From: a virus
Taxonomy: Duplodnaviria > Heunggongvirae > Uroviricota > Caudoviricetes
Strand: one strand, 5' to 3'
DNA: 44,188 nt
Virus record (IMG/VR): IMGVR_UViG_3300045988_019982
Position 1 is the first letter of the stretch, and each line of letters begins with the position of its first letter. Below the pieces are notes generated by a model. It did not search any database, was not told the origin of the DNA, and saw only the letters and a program-made list of their open reading frames with translations. The position numbers and the translations under genes are program-made. Shown here piece by piece: positions 1-8,412 of this stretch.

Positions 1-141
1 AATTATGGCTATTTTAGCTAAGAAAAGTGGGCTTATGATTTCAGGGCGAGTCATAGAAGAAACAGATAACTTTGTATGCTTCCACGCGGTAGATAATAAA
101 CGCCCTACGTATGTACAAAAGTCGGATAAAACACAAAAAGT
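1..141. repeat. Terminal direct repeat, copy 1 (identical to 44048-44188); window wraps around the genome
   Basis: Bases 1-141 (aattatggctattttagctaag...cacaaaaagt) recur exactly at the 3' end of the window. Confidence 0.9.
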
Positions 142-208
142 TTTCGACGGTGATTTTTCTATGGATGACGTTTTCTCGTGGATTAATTCTGTGAGGGTAA
201 AGAAATGA
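5..208 (+). CDS. hypothetical early protein (67 aa)
   Basis: ATG start; stop overlaps start of next ORF (ATGA), consistent with translational coupling. Confidence 0.55.
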   Translation: MAILAKKSGLMISGRVIEETDNFVCFHAVDNKRPTYVQKSDKTQKVFDGDFSMDDVFSWINSVRVKK

Positions 209-477
209 TTTACCAACTCTACCGCGCCGTAGACAGGCGGGATAACACAGAGGCGTTGTGGCTGTTGCGTGCGCCGTCCGGTGCGCACCAGATGGAAGAG
301 ATGGCGTACTTAGGCAAAGTGCCGCACCCTAAAGATATAGGCCGTCACGTGTCGCAGATTAAGCGCACGACTTTCGCCAAGCCTGACTTTTATGTCTTCG
401 AGTCGATGTACGGGTGGGCTATGCATTGTGACCATAAGACACGACATTTAATTGACCAGTGGGGGAACAGGGTATGA
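205..477 (+). CDS. hypothetical early protein (90 aa)
   Basis: ATGA overlap with upstream ORF; same-strand operon context. Confidence 0.55.
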   Translation: MIYQLYRAVDRRDNTEALWLLRAPSGAHQMEEMAYLGKVPHPKDIGRHVSQIKRTTFAKPDFYVFESMYGWAMHCDHKTRHLIDQWGNRV

Positions 478-731
478 ATTGGGTTAGCGTAAACGAAGCA
501 TTACCGGAGTCAAAAGATGATTCTGTTTTAGTTTGCTCAGTAGACGGTAGTAAATGCGACGATAATGGGTTCCCGGAAGGTGGAATTGATTTTGTGCACA
601 TACAGGACTATTTCGACGACATTACTGCGGGGCTGGATGAAAACGGAAATCAGTTATATACGAAACAGTATATCGAGATGGGTATAACACACTGGATGTA
701 TTTACCAGAACTACCGGAGGAGGCTAAATAA
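474..731 (+). CDS. DUF551-like phage protein
   Basis: N-terminus MNWVSVNEALPESKDDSVLV matches the W-x-S/C-V-x-E-x-LPE signature seen in two other ORFs here; ATG at 474 overlaps upstream stop; track start 459 judged less likely. Confidence 0.5.
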   Translation: MNWVSVNEALPESKDDSVLVCSVDGSKCDDNGFPEGGIDFVHIQDYFDDITAGLDENGNQLYTKQYIEMGITHWMYLPELPEEAK

Positions 732-2005
732 TGATTCTAAAAGAACGCGGCGGCAATAACGATGTGCACGCCCTGCTGTCGCCGTCAGGTGCTAAGAAGT
801 GGCTGACGTGCAGTGCATCACTGGCCTGTGAAAGAGATATCCCTAACACATCGGGTAAAGCCGCCGTATTAGGCACAGCCATGCACACCATAGCTGAGAT
901 GCATCTAAACCAGTACATCAAAGGCACTGCGTTGCCGTTAGAACGTGAAGTCGGTGCTTACGTGCTGGATGAGGGTAAAGGTCAGATTAAGGCGCTAATC
1001 AGTCCGATGAAAGGTGCGGTACTAATTACGGCGGACATGATTGAGCAGGTGCGCAAGTACACCGACTACTGCAAAGCGATTATCGATGTAGCGACTTACG
1101 CCAAGCTGGAAATGCGTGTCAATCTTACTGAGGTATTGCATCCGGGTTATGGAGGCGTTGAGACGTTCGGAACCGCCGACCTTGTTGCCGTTCTTGAAAA
1201 GGCGAACACAGACGAACATATCCTCAATGTTACCGACCTGAAAACCGGGCGGCATCGTGTCGAAGCGAAAGAAAACAAGCAGCTTATGCTTTACGCTCTC
1301 GGTGTTTATCGCCGGCTCAAGAGACGTTATAACATCACCATGGTTCGTCTGGTCATCTTCCAGCCGTACGCGGGTGGCGCGTCGGAGTGGGACATCTCAG
1401 TTGAAGGTCTGGAGCTGTTCGCTAAGTTTGCGCAGAAACGCGCACTGTTAGCCCTCGATGCTTATTCCCGCGGCAAGAAGAACCTGAAGGCATCGGATTT
1501 CAAGCCGTCAGTAGATGGTTGTCAGTGGTGCCGGTTCTCTGAACAGTGCGCCGCGCGTACAAAAACAGTTAACGCGGTACTGGCAGAAGAACTGGAGGAC
1601 GACTTTGCACTGGAACTGACGCCAGAGCAACTAGTAGCTGAATACGAGAAGCTGCCGCTGTTGCGCCAGCACATCGACAAGGTTGAAAAAGCGATGGCTG
1701 CCGCGTTGCATTCCGGTAAGAAAGTGCCGGGGTACAAGCTGGTTGAAGGTCGTCCTGGTAATCGTGCGTGGAAGGATGAAGACGCAGTAAATAAATTCAG
1801 AGAAAACCATGTAAACGGCTACTTATTAGATAAACTAGTGCCAGTTACCCCAACAGAAGCAGAAAAAACCATAGGTAAAATTGACCCAGAACTGTGGGAA
1901 GAATTGGCTAAACTCGTGACACGTAAGCCAGGCGCACCATGTGTCGCAACGGCAGACGACAAACGCCCTGAGTGGAATCAGGTAACAGAGGAGGATTTAG
2001 AATGA
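731..2005 (+). CDS. PD-(D/E)XK exonuclease, Cas4/RecB-like with Cys cluster
   Basis: Motifs GTADLVAV, TDLKTGRH (D-x-K), QLMLYALGVY (QxxxY); cysteines at LTCSASLAC and C-x2-C-x5-C (CQWCRFSEQC); C-terminal tail ...VTEEDLE. Confidence 0.75.
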   Translation: MILKERGGNNDVHALLSPSGAKKWLTCSASLACERDIPNTSGKAAVLGTAMHTIAEMHLNQYIKGTALPLEREVGAYVLDEGKGQIKALISPMKGAVLITADMIEQVRKYTDYCKAIIDVATYAKLEMRVNLTEVLHPGYGGVETFGTADLVAVLEKANTDEHILNVTDLKTGRHRVEAKENKQLMLYALGVYRRLKRRYNITMVRLVIFQPYAGGASEWDISVEGLELFAKFAQKRALLALDAYSRGKKNLKASDFKPSVDGCQWCRFSEQCAARTKTVNAVLAEELEDDFALELTPEQLVAEYEKLPLLRQHIDKVEKAMAAALHSGKKVPGYKLVEGRPGNRAWKDEDAVNKFRENHVNGYLLDKLVPVTPTEAEKTIGKIDPELWEELAKLVTRKPGAPCVATADDKRPEWNQVTEEDLE

Positions 2006-2253
2006 TTCGTAAAATGTTCAGGGTGCTTGGTGGGTTTGTGGCGTGTATTGTTTTCTGGGTTCTTATGCTGCCCCTAACGCTACCGACATTTATCTTAATG
2101 TGCCTTACGGTATGTGTAGCGCAAACTCGCGACATCGAAGCCATCCTGCGTGATAAATCGTGGAAGACACAGGCGCTTCGATTCATAAACAACATGAAAT
2201 GGCCCAACAAGTATATTGAGATAGTTGAGAAAATAACTGGCTGGAAGGGTTGA
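2002..2253 (+). CDS. small membrane protein (83 aa)
   Basis: ATG overlaps exonuclease stop (ATGA) with GAGGAGGA upstream; hydrophobic segments LGGFVACIVFWVLMLPLTLPTFILMCL. Confidence 0.55.
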   Translation: MIRKMFRVLGGFVACIVFWVLMLPLTLPTFILMCLTVCVAQTRDIEAILRDKSWKTQALRFINNMKWPNKYIEIVEKITGWKG

Positions 2254-2278
2254 CACCTGAATAGTTAGCTACTATATT
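2250..2278 (+). promoter_or_regulatory. sigma70-like promoter upstream of SSB gene (TTGACA-N17-TATATT)
   Basis: ttgacacctgaatagttagctactatatt; perfect -35, 17-nt spacer containing GAATAG, -10 overlapping TACTAT. Confidence 0.45.
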
Positions 2279-2337
2279 TCTAATCACTGGCCGGGCAGCC
2301 TCCCGGAGTAAGCGAAACTTAAAAGCGAGAAATCAAG

Positions 2338-2964
2338 ATGGGTATTAAACTGAATCTGCGTAAAGTAAACACTGCATGGGTTAACGTATTCGAACGCGAA
2401 AAAGACCGTGAAAACGATGATGGCTCAATCACTAAAGGCCAGTACAGCGCGACTATCATCCTGCCGTCTGACCACGCGCAAATCGACGCGCTCTACGACA
2501 CAGTTTATGCTGTAGTTGAAGAAGCATTGGGTGCCGCTGCTGCCGAGAAGTGGATGAAATCCAACTACGGAGAAGGTAAGCACATGGATAAATGTGCGAT
2601 TAAGGACATTGCCGAGCGTGACAATCCGTTTGAAGACTTCCCGGAAGGCTTCTACTTCAAAGCTAAGGCACAGAAACAGCCACTGATTGTAACCTCTAAA
2701 AAAGGTGAGACTCAGGTAGAACAGGACTTCAACGTAGACGGCGAACAGATTGAAGGTGAACAGGTTTACAGCGGCTGCGTTGCTAACGTAAGCGTCGAAA
2801 TCTGGTTCAGCCAGAAATACAAAGTCCTCGGTGTTAACCTGCTGGCGATTAAATATGTTGGCGAAGGTAAAGCGTTCGGTGGTTCTAAAGTCGCCGCAAG
2901 TGTAGACGACCTGGAAGACGACGATGAAGATGAAGCACCGCGACGCGAACGTCGCCGTCGCTAA
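2338..2964 (+). CDS. single-stranded DNA-binding protein, T7 gp2.5-like
   Basis: 208 aa; acidic C-terminal tail after FGG (VDDLEDDDEDEAPRRERRRR); block order resembles gp2.5 as recalled; sits before the polymerase gene. Confidence 0.5.
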   Translation: MGIKLNLRKVNTAWVNVFEREKDRENDDGSITKGQYSATIILPSDHAQIDALYDTVYAVVEEALGAAAAEKWMKSNYGEGKHMDKCAIKDIAERDNPFEDFPEGFYFKAKAQKQPLIVTSKKGETQVEQDFNVDGEQIEGEQVYSGCVANVSVEIWFSQKYKVLGVNLLAIKYVGEGKAFGGSKVAASVDDLEDDDEDEAPRRERRRR

Positions 2965-2982
2965 TATCTGAATCAATTTAAC

Positions 2983-3008
2983 TAAGGCCCTTCATTGGGC
3001 CTTTTTAC
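2983..3008 (+). terminator. hairpin plus T-run between SSB and polymerase genes (attenuator/terminator)
   Basis: aaggccc-ttcatt-gggcctt followed by tttact. Confidence 0.4.
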
Positions 3009-3023
3009 TAAGGGTCAAAAATA

Positions 3024-5195
3024 ATGAGTTACCTGTTCTTAGACTTTGAAACATTCTCCGAGGCCGATTTAAAGAAAGTTGGCTCCTACGCTTACGCCGA
3101 ACACCCAACCACCGAAGTGCTCATCTGTACCTATGCTTTTGACGACGAGCCTGTACAGGTATGGGATTGCACCGACGGCAGCGACATGCCGGGAGATTTG
3201 CACCGCGCGTTACGCCGTCTGGTTAAGCCAAACAGCCGCATCAAGATGGTGTGGCACAACGGCTCAATGTTCGATCGTCTTGTCATGAAGCACTGCTGGG
3301 GTTTTGATATTCCGGTAAGCAACACCATTGATACGATGATTTGGGCGTTTCGTCACGCGCTGCCGGGTTCACTTGATGCGTTGTGCGAAGTGCTGGGCGT
3401 ATCTGCGGACAACGCGAAAGACAAACGCGGCAAGGCTCTGATTCAGCGTTTTTCTAAACCGACGCCGAAGAACTACAAAATACGTCGCTACACCGCCGAA
3501 ACACACCCGGACGAGTGGGCGATATTCATCAAGTACGCCGTGAGCGACATCACCGCGATGCGTGAAGTCTTCCATAAGCTGCCGCGTTGGGGTAACTCCG
3601 AGTTCGAGGACCGGGTGCTTGAGCTGGACCAGTTAATCAATGACCGAGGGTTTAAGGTTGACGTAGCGCTGGCAGAAGCCGCAATTGAAGCCGTGGAGAA
3701 ACACAAAGCGCAGTTACAGGAAGAAGCCCAGCGCAAATACGGCGGCTCTCTTACTGGTAAAGACTTCCTTCCGATTCTGCGCGAACTTGCGCCCGCGCAC
3801 CGCATCCACAATGCGCAGAAGTCAACGCTTCATGACCTGCTGGCAGACGATGATTTACCGGACGATGCGCGTACTATTATCGAAATGCGGCTCGGGGCCG
3901 CGTCCACCGCATCAACGAAATATAACCCACTGCTGTTGGGCCGCTCTTCGGACGACCGACGCCGCGGTTGTATCCAGTACGGCGGGGCAAAGCGTACGTT
4001 ACGGTTTGCGGGTAAAGGCTTCCAGCCGCAGAACCTCGCACGCGGGTACTATCATGATGATGAACTGGATAAAGGTATTTCCGCGCTACTTAAAGGCCGT
4101 GCGCATCGCCGTTTTGATGTAGCCAAACTAACGGCATCGACGGTGCGTAGCTGCATCATACCGGAAGCCGGGCATAAGTTTGTCGTTGCCGATTACTCTA
4201 ACGTTGAAGGCCGTGGTTTGGCGTGGCTGGCTGGGGAAGACGATTTAATCGAAGTATTTGTAAACGGGGTTGATGTGTATAAGAAACTCGCATCAACGGT
4301 GTTCAACGTTGCCTATGAGGATGTAACAAAGGACCAAAGACAAATAGCCAAAGCAATGGTTCTGGGCCTCGGCTACGCGGGAGGTGTCGGTGCTTTCGTC
4401 ACGTTTGCTAAAAACTTAGGTCTTGATTTGAACGATATGGCCCGCACTTTAGACGGAACTTTCCCGGACCATATTTGGGCTGCTACCGCACGCGGTTACG
4501 AGTGGGCGCGTATTCAGGAAGCCAAGCGACCACCACGTCCTGGTGAAAAGGATGACAGGCCATCGTATATTCTTGATAAGAAAGTGTGGCGTACCTGCGA
4601 CGCTTTAAAACGCATGTACCGAGAAGCTAATCCTGCAATAGTCAAATTCTGGCGGGATATTGAAGACGCGGCCATGGCGGCTATCCGCAACCCAGGTAAA
4701 GAGTTCACCGCAGGGCCACGCGGCGTTAAGTTTTCGCGTAACGTAGAGACAGACAACAACGGCAACAAAGTCGCCGGTTGGTGGTTGCGCATGACGTTGC
4801 CGTCGGGCCGCGTCATGTCTTACCCGGGCGTCGGGTTGAGCGTGTCGAAAGAGACAGACGAAGACGGGAAGGTGTCTACTAACGTGCGCATCAAGTACCA
4901 GGGTGAAAATCAGCTAACCCGTCAGTGGGGGTTCCAGTACACCTACTCCGGTAAACTGGTGGAAAACTGCACTCAGGCGTTGTGCCGTGATTTGCTGGCC
5001 AACGCGCTGCTGAACGTTGAGGCAAACGGCTACCCGATTGTGCTTCACGTACACGATGAGATTATCTGCGAGACACCAGATTTACCGGAATACAATGTAG
5101 CAGAGCTTGAGCGGTTGATGTGCGAATTACCGGAATGGGCAGAAGGCTTCCCTCTTGTAGCGGAAGGTGCGGAGATGAAGCGTTATGCTAAGTAA
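3024..5195 (+). CDS. DNA polymerase, family A, with 3'-5' exonuclease domain
   Basis: 723 aa; Exo I LFLDFETFS; motif A DYSNVEGR; motif B RQIAKAMVLGLGYAGG; motif C HVHDE. Confidence 0.9.
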   Translation: MSYLFLDFETFSEADLKKVGSYAYAEHPTTEVLICTYAFDDEPVQVWDCTDGSDMPGDLHRALRRLVKPNSRIKMVWHNGSMFDRLVMKHCWGFDIPVSNTIDTMIWAFRHALPGSLDALCEVLGVSADNAKDKRGKALIQRFSKPTPKNYKIRRYTAETHPDEWAIFIKYAVSDITAMREVFHKLPRWGNSEFEDRVLELDQLINDRGFKVDVALAEAAIEAVEKHKAQLQEEAQRKYGGSLTGKDFLPILRELAPAHRIHNAQKSTLHDLLADDDLPDDARTIIEMRLGAASTASTKYNPLLLGRSSDDRRRGCIQYGGAKRTLRFAGKGFQPQNLARGYYHDDELDKGISALLKGRAHRRFDVAKLTASTVRSCIIPEAGHKFVVADYSNVEGRGLAWLAGEDDLIEVFVNGVDVYKKLASTVFNVAYEDVTKDQRQIAKAMVLGLGYAGGVGAFVTFAKNLGLDLNDMARTLDGTFPDHIWAATARGYEWARIQEAKRPPRPGEKDDRPSYILDKKVWRTCDALKRMYREANPAIVKFWRDIEDAAMAAIRNPGKEFTAGPRGVKFSRNVETDNNGNKVAGWWLRMTLPSGRVMSYPGVGLSVSKETDEDGKVSTNVRIKYQGENQLTRQWGFQYTYSGKLVENCTQALCRDLLANALLNVEANGYPIVLHVHDEIICETPDLPEYNVAELERLMCELPEWAEGFPLVAEGAEMKRYAK

Positions 5196-5316
5196 ACTGA
5201 TTATTGCGGTACTGGCGGGATTCGCCGCCGTTGTCTATTGTCACGAGGGTCAATACGGCATGATTGTCGCCGTACTGGGCATGTTCATCGCAATTTATCT
5301 GTGGGTGCTGGAATGA
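5185..5316 (+). CDS. small hydrophobic peptide (43 aa)
   Basis: Not in ORF track (<60 aa); ATG overlaps polymerase 3' end; MLSKLIIAVLAGFAAVVYCHEGQYGMIVAVLGMFIAIYLWVLE; stop overlaps next ATG. Confidence 0.35.
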   Translation: MLSKLIIAVLAGFAAVVYCHEGQYGMIVAVLGMFIAIYLWVLE

Positions 5317-5402
5317 AAATTTACTGGTTACACGAAGAAGACCGCCGAATCTGCCCGCGCTGTGGCATTGAGCATACAAAACGAGAGGGGTGCGTATTAT
5401 GA
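5313..5402 (+). CDS. 29-aa peptide with CPRCG motif
   Basis: ATGA-coupled between two hydrophobic peptide ORFs; MKIYWLHEEDRRICPRCGIEHTKREGCVL. Confidence 0.3.
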   Translation: MKIYWLHEEDRRICPRCGIEHTKREGCVL

Positions 5403-5550
5403 CAATGTTTGCATTTTGGACGATAGTAACCCTGCTCGCACTGTTACTCGGTGCAGGAATAGCCGCGATGTTCTGTTACGGTCTGTTCTTTAAGTTTGTC
5501 GGTATTGCGGTTCTCGGAGGGGCGTTTATAACCTGGACTCTGCGGTCATG
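5398..5550 (+). CDS. small hydrophobic peptide (50 aa)
   Basis: ATGA overlaps at both ends; MTMFAFWTIVTLLALLLGAGIAAMFCYGLFFKFVGIAVLGGAFITWTLRS. Confidence 0.35.
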
Positions 5551-5859
5551 ACTAAAGAGGGCCGCGTACAGAAATACGCAAAAGAGCGATTCGAGGCCAT
5601 TGGTGGCCTCATTCGTAAACTTTCCTACGAGGGGCGCTCCGGCGCTCCCGACCTGCTGGTAATTCTCCCCGGGGGCATCGTCTGGTTCGTCGAGGTGAAG
5701 AAAGACGAAAACACGAAGCCAGACCCGCACCAGCTACGTGAGCACGAGCGGATGCGCAAACGCGGTGCAAATGTTTTTGTCGTTGGGTCGTTTAAACAGG
5801 TTGACGACCTAATAGCGAACTATTATAGTTATCCGTACACCAACAATATAAGGAATTGA
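5548..5859 (+). CDS. VRR-NUC domain nuclease
   Basis: 103 aa; GAPDLLVILPGGIVWFVEVKK (D...E-x-K core) then QLREHERMRKRGANVFVV. Confidence 0.65.
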   Translation: MTKEGRVQKYAKERFEAIGGLIRKLSYEGRSGAPDLLVILPGGIVWFVEVKKDENTKPDPHQLREHERMRKRGANVFVVGSFKQVDDLIANYYSYPYTNNIRN

Positions 5860-5862
5860 GAA

Positions 5863-6054
5863 ATGAAATACGAATATGGCTGCAAACCAGCACGTGACAT
5901 CGTACCGGGCGACATGATTTTCAACGTTAAGACCCGCCAGCCTGTTGCCGTTGATACGGTGTTCGTAGAGTCTAACGGTAAACTGGTAATCGAAGATGTA
6001 ACCGGTAACGTTACGGCGTTCGGACGTAAAGAGTTGGTGCTGGTGGCCAAATGA
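5863..6054 (+). CDS. hypothetical protein (63 aa)
   Basis: ATG with GGAATTGAG upstream; stop overlaps MTase start. Confidence 0.5.
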   Translation: MKYEYGCKPARDIVPGDMIFNVKTRQPVAVDTVFVESNGKLVIEDVTGNVTAFGRKELVLVAK

Positions 6055-6995
6055 ACTATTACAACGAATGGGATAAAGGCGCAGCCGCGTGGCTGCGTGA
6101 ATTAATAAAACAGGGCCACATACCTTTTGGAGTTGTAGATGAAAGAAGCATTACCGAAGTTAAGCCAGAAGACCTTGACGGGTTCACCCAGTGTCATTTT
6201 TTCGCTGGCATCGGCGGCTGGCCTCTCGCGCTCAGACTTGCGGGAGTTTCGGAAGATACGCCTCTCTGGACGGGAAGCCCGCCTTGCCAACCGTTTAGCG
6301 CGGCAGGAAAACAACTCGGACAGTTCGACCCGAGACACCTCGCGCCAGTCTTCCTCGACCTCATCAGCGAGTGCCACCCTCCAGTCCTCTTTGGGGAACA
6401 GGTTGCGCCAGCAATTGCAAAATCGTGGATGTGCGATTTACAAACTCACCTGGAAGGAGAAGACTACGCCGTCGGGTTTGCCGTACTCCCAGCTTGTAGC
6501 GTCGGCGCTCCGCACAAAAGAGAACGACTCTTCTTTGGTGCGTACCAACTGGCCTGCACCGACAGCGAACGATTACAAAGGGAGCGGAGAGACTGTTATC
6601 CGCAAGGACGGGAAGGACAGAACATTCGACAGGCTGGACTACTCAACGGAACAGGGGCTAAAACTGACGAATTGGCCCACCCCTCGCAGTTCGGATGGGG
6701 AAAAGAACGTGAGAACACTAGAGGGGGCGCTATCGGAGATTCAGAGGAAGGGTGGGCCTCAAGACGTGGCACAAGCGGCGGCGATAACACAACTAATTCG
6801 CATCACGGCTTCTGGTCAGATGCTGACTGGCTCGGATGCCGGGATGGAAAGTTCCGGCCAGTTGAACCCGACACATTCCCGCTGGCTAATGGGATACCCG
6901 CCAGAGTGGGACGATTGCGCGGTTACGGCAATGCCATCGTCCCGCAAGTAGCCGCCGAATTTATAAAGGCGTTTATGGGGGCCGTAAATGAGTAA
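6051..6995 (+). CDS. DNA (cytosine-5)-methyltransferase, possibly frame-disrupted
   Basis: Motif I FFAGIGG, IV SPPCQPFSAAGK, VI FGEQV, VIII HKRERLFFG, X GYGNAIVPQVAAEFI in this frame; central third is low-complexity while frame +1 (6541-6951) reads like a real domain. Confidence 0.65.
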   Translation: MNYYNEWDKGAAAWLRELIKQGHIPFGVVDERSITEVKPEDLDGFTQCHFFAGIGGWPLALRLAGVSEDTPLWTGSPPCQPFSAAGKQLGQFDPRHLAPVFLDLISECHPPVLFGEQVAPAIAKSWMCDLQTHLEGEDYAVGFAVLPACSVGAPHKRERLFFGAYQLACTDSERLQRERRDCYPQGREGQNIRQAGLLNGTGAKTDELAHPSQFGWGKERENTRGGAIGDSEEGWASRRGTSGGDNTTNSHHGFWSDADWLGCRDGKFRPVEPDTFPLANGIPARVGRLRGYGNAIVPQVAAEFIKAFMGAVNE

Positions 6996-8412
6996 GTTTC
7001 AAAGGCGCGAATACCAGAAGCTCATGACTTCGTTCATGCTGCAACATCCGCGCTGTAATATTTGGGCGAGCATGGGCGCCGGGAAGACCGGCAGCGTACT
7101 GTGGACATTAAACCGACTGTTCCGCAACGGCCAACTTAATGATGACGACCGCGTGTTAATACTCGCCCCGCTGCGCGTTGCGTCCGGCACATGGCCCGCA
7201 GAACAAGAGAAATGGCAATTCCCATGCCTGAATGTCGTCGATGCTACCGGTTCAGAGAAGCGCCGCATCACGGCGCTGGAGTCAGACGCCAATGTGATTT
7301 GCATCAACTACGAGGTCATAGACTGGCTTATTGACTATTACGGCGTGGATGACTGGCCATTTACTGTAATAGTCAACGATGAAAGCACGAAATTGAAATC
7401 ATATCGTAGCCGTTCCGGGGGGAGCAAGCGGGCTAAGGCACTTAGTAAAGTAGCATTCAGAAATGTTAAGAGGTTGATAAACCTTACTGGTACGCCATCG
7501 CCAAACGGCCTCAAGGATTTGTGGGGCCAGAACTGGTTTATAGACGCTGGCGAGCGACTTGGTTCTTCGTACACGGCATTCACCGACCGCTGGTTTAACT
7601 CGGTACAGAAGGGCAAATCAGCTATGGCGCGCGAGTACCACGCCCGCCCTGGCGCAGATAACGAGATTCACCAGAAGATGAAGGATATTAGTCTCACTAT
7701 TGACGCTGCCGAGTGGTTCGGCTGTGAAGCGCCGATTATCGTTCCTGTTGAAATCGACCTGCCGAAGAAAGCACGTCAGGCGTACATTGATATGGAGGAG
7801 AAGTTATTCGCGGAACTGGAGAGCGGGGAAGTTGAAGCGGCTAATGCAGCAGCGAAGACGTCGAAGTGTTTGCAGATTGCCTCTGGTGCCGTGTATGTAT
7901 CGGGGCCAGACGGTGAAGCAACCAAAGACTGGGAGAAAGTGCACGACACGAAACTGGATGCGCTCGAGTCGATTGTTGAGGAGTTACAGGGCGCTCCGTT
8001 ACTGGTGGCCTATCAGTTTAAGCACGAACTGGAACGTATCCTTAAGCGTTTCCCACAAGCTCAGGCGTTTGCCAAAGGTGCGAAGGGCAATAAGCAGATG
8101 GAGGCGTGGAACCGTGGCGAAATACCTATGCTCCTGATACACCCCGCCTCCGCAGGCCACGGGCTGTCGCTACAACACGGCGGGCACCACATGGCCTTTA
8201 TGAGTCAGGGGTGGAACCTGGAACATTATCTGCAGGTTATCGAGCGTATAGGCCCAGTAAGGCAGATGCAATCTGGGTATAAACGGTCTGTATTCATTTA
8301 TCAAATAATAGCCCGAGATACTCTTGATGAAGTTGTTGCCGCGCGTACCGACGAGAAAAGGTCCGTACAGGACGAACTACTTAATTATATGAAGCGCAGA
8401 GGTAAGAAATGA
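6988..8412 (+). CDS. superfamily 2 ATP-dependent helicase
   Basis: 474 aa; Walker A ASMGAGKTGS; box II VIVNDESTKLK; ATG overlaps MTase stop. Confidence 0.75.
   Translation: MSKFQRREYQKLMTSFMLQHPRCNIWASMGAGKTGSVLWTLNRLFRNGQLNDDDRVLILAPLRVASGTWPAEQEKWQFPCLNVVDATGSEKRRITALESDANVICINYEVIDWLIDYYGVDDWPFTVIVNDESTKLKSYRSRSGGSKRAKALSKVAFRNVKRLINLTGTPSPNGLKDLWGQNWFIDAGERLGSSYTAFTDRWFNSVQKGKSAMAREYHARPGADNEIHQKMKDISLTIDAAEWFGCEAPIIVPVEIDLPKKARQAYIDMEEKLFAELESGEVEAANAAAKTSKCLQIASGAVYVSGPDGEATKDWEKVHDTKLDALESIVEELQGAPLLVAYQFKHELERILKRFPQAQAFAKGAKGNKQMEAWNRGEIPMLLIHPASAGHGLSLQHGGHHMAFMSQGWNLEHYLQVIERIGPVRQMQSGYKRSVFIYQIIARDTLDEVVAARTDEKRSVQDELLNYMKRRGKK

Noticed and set aside
6139-6951. 270-aa + strand ORF in the +1 frame of the methyltransferase as an independent gene
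   Set aside because: Its N-terminal half is Ser/Arg-rich nonsense and it lacks a start context, so it is not a separate gene; its C-terminal half is kept as evidence for the frame-split methyltransferase finding.
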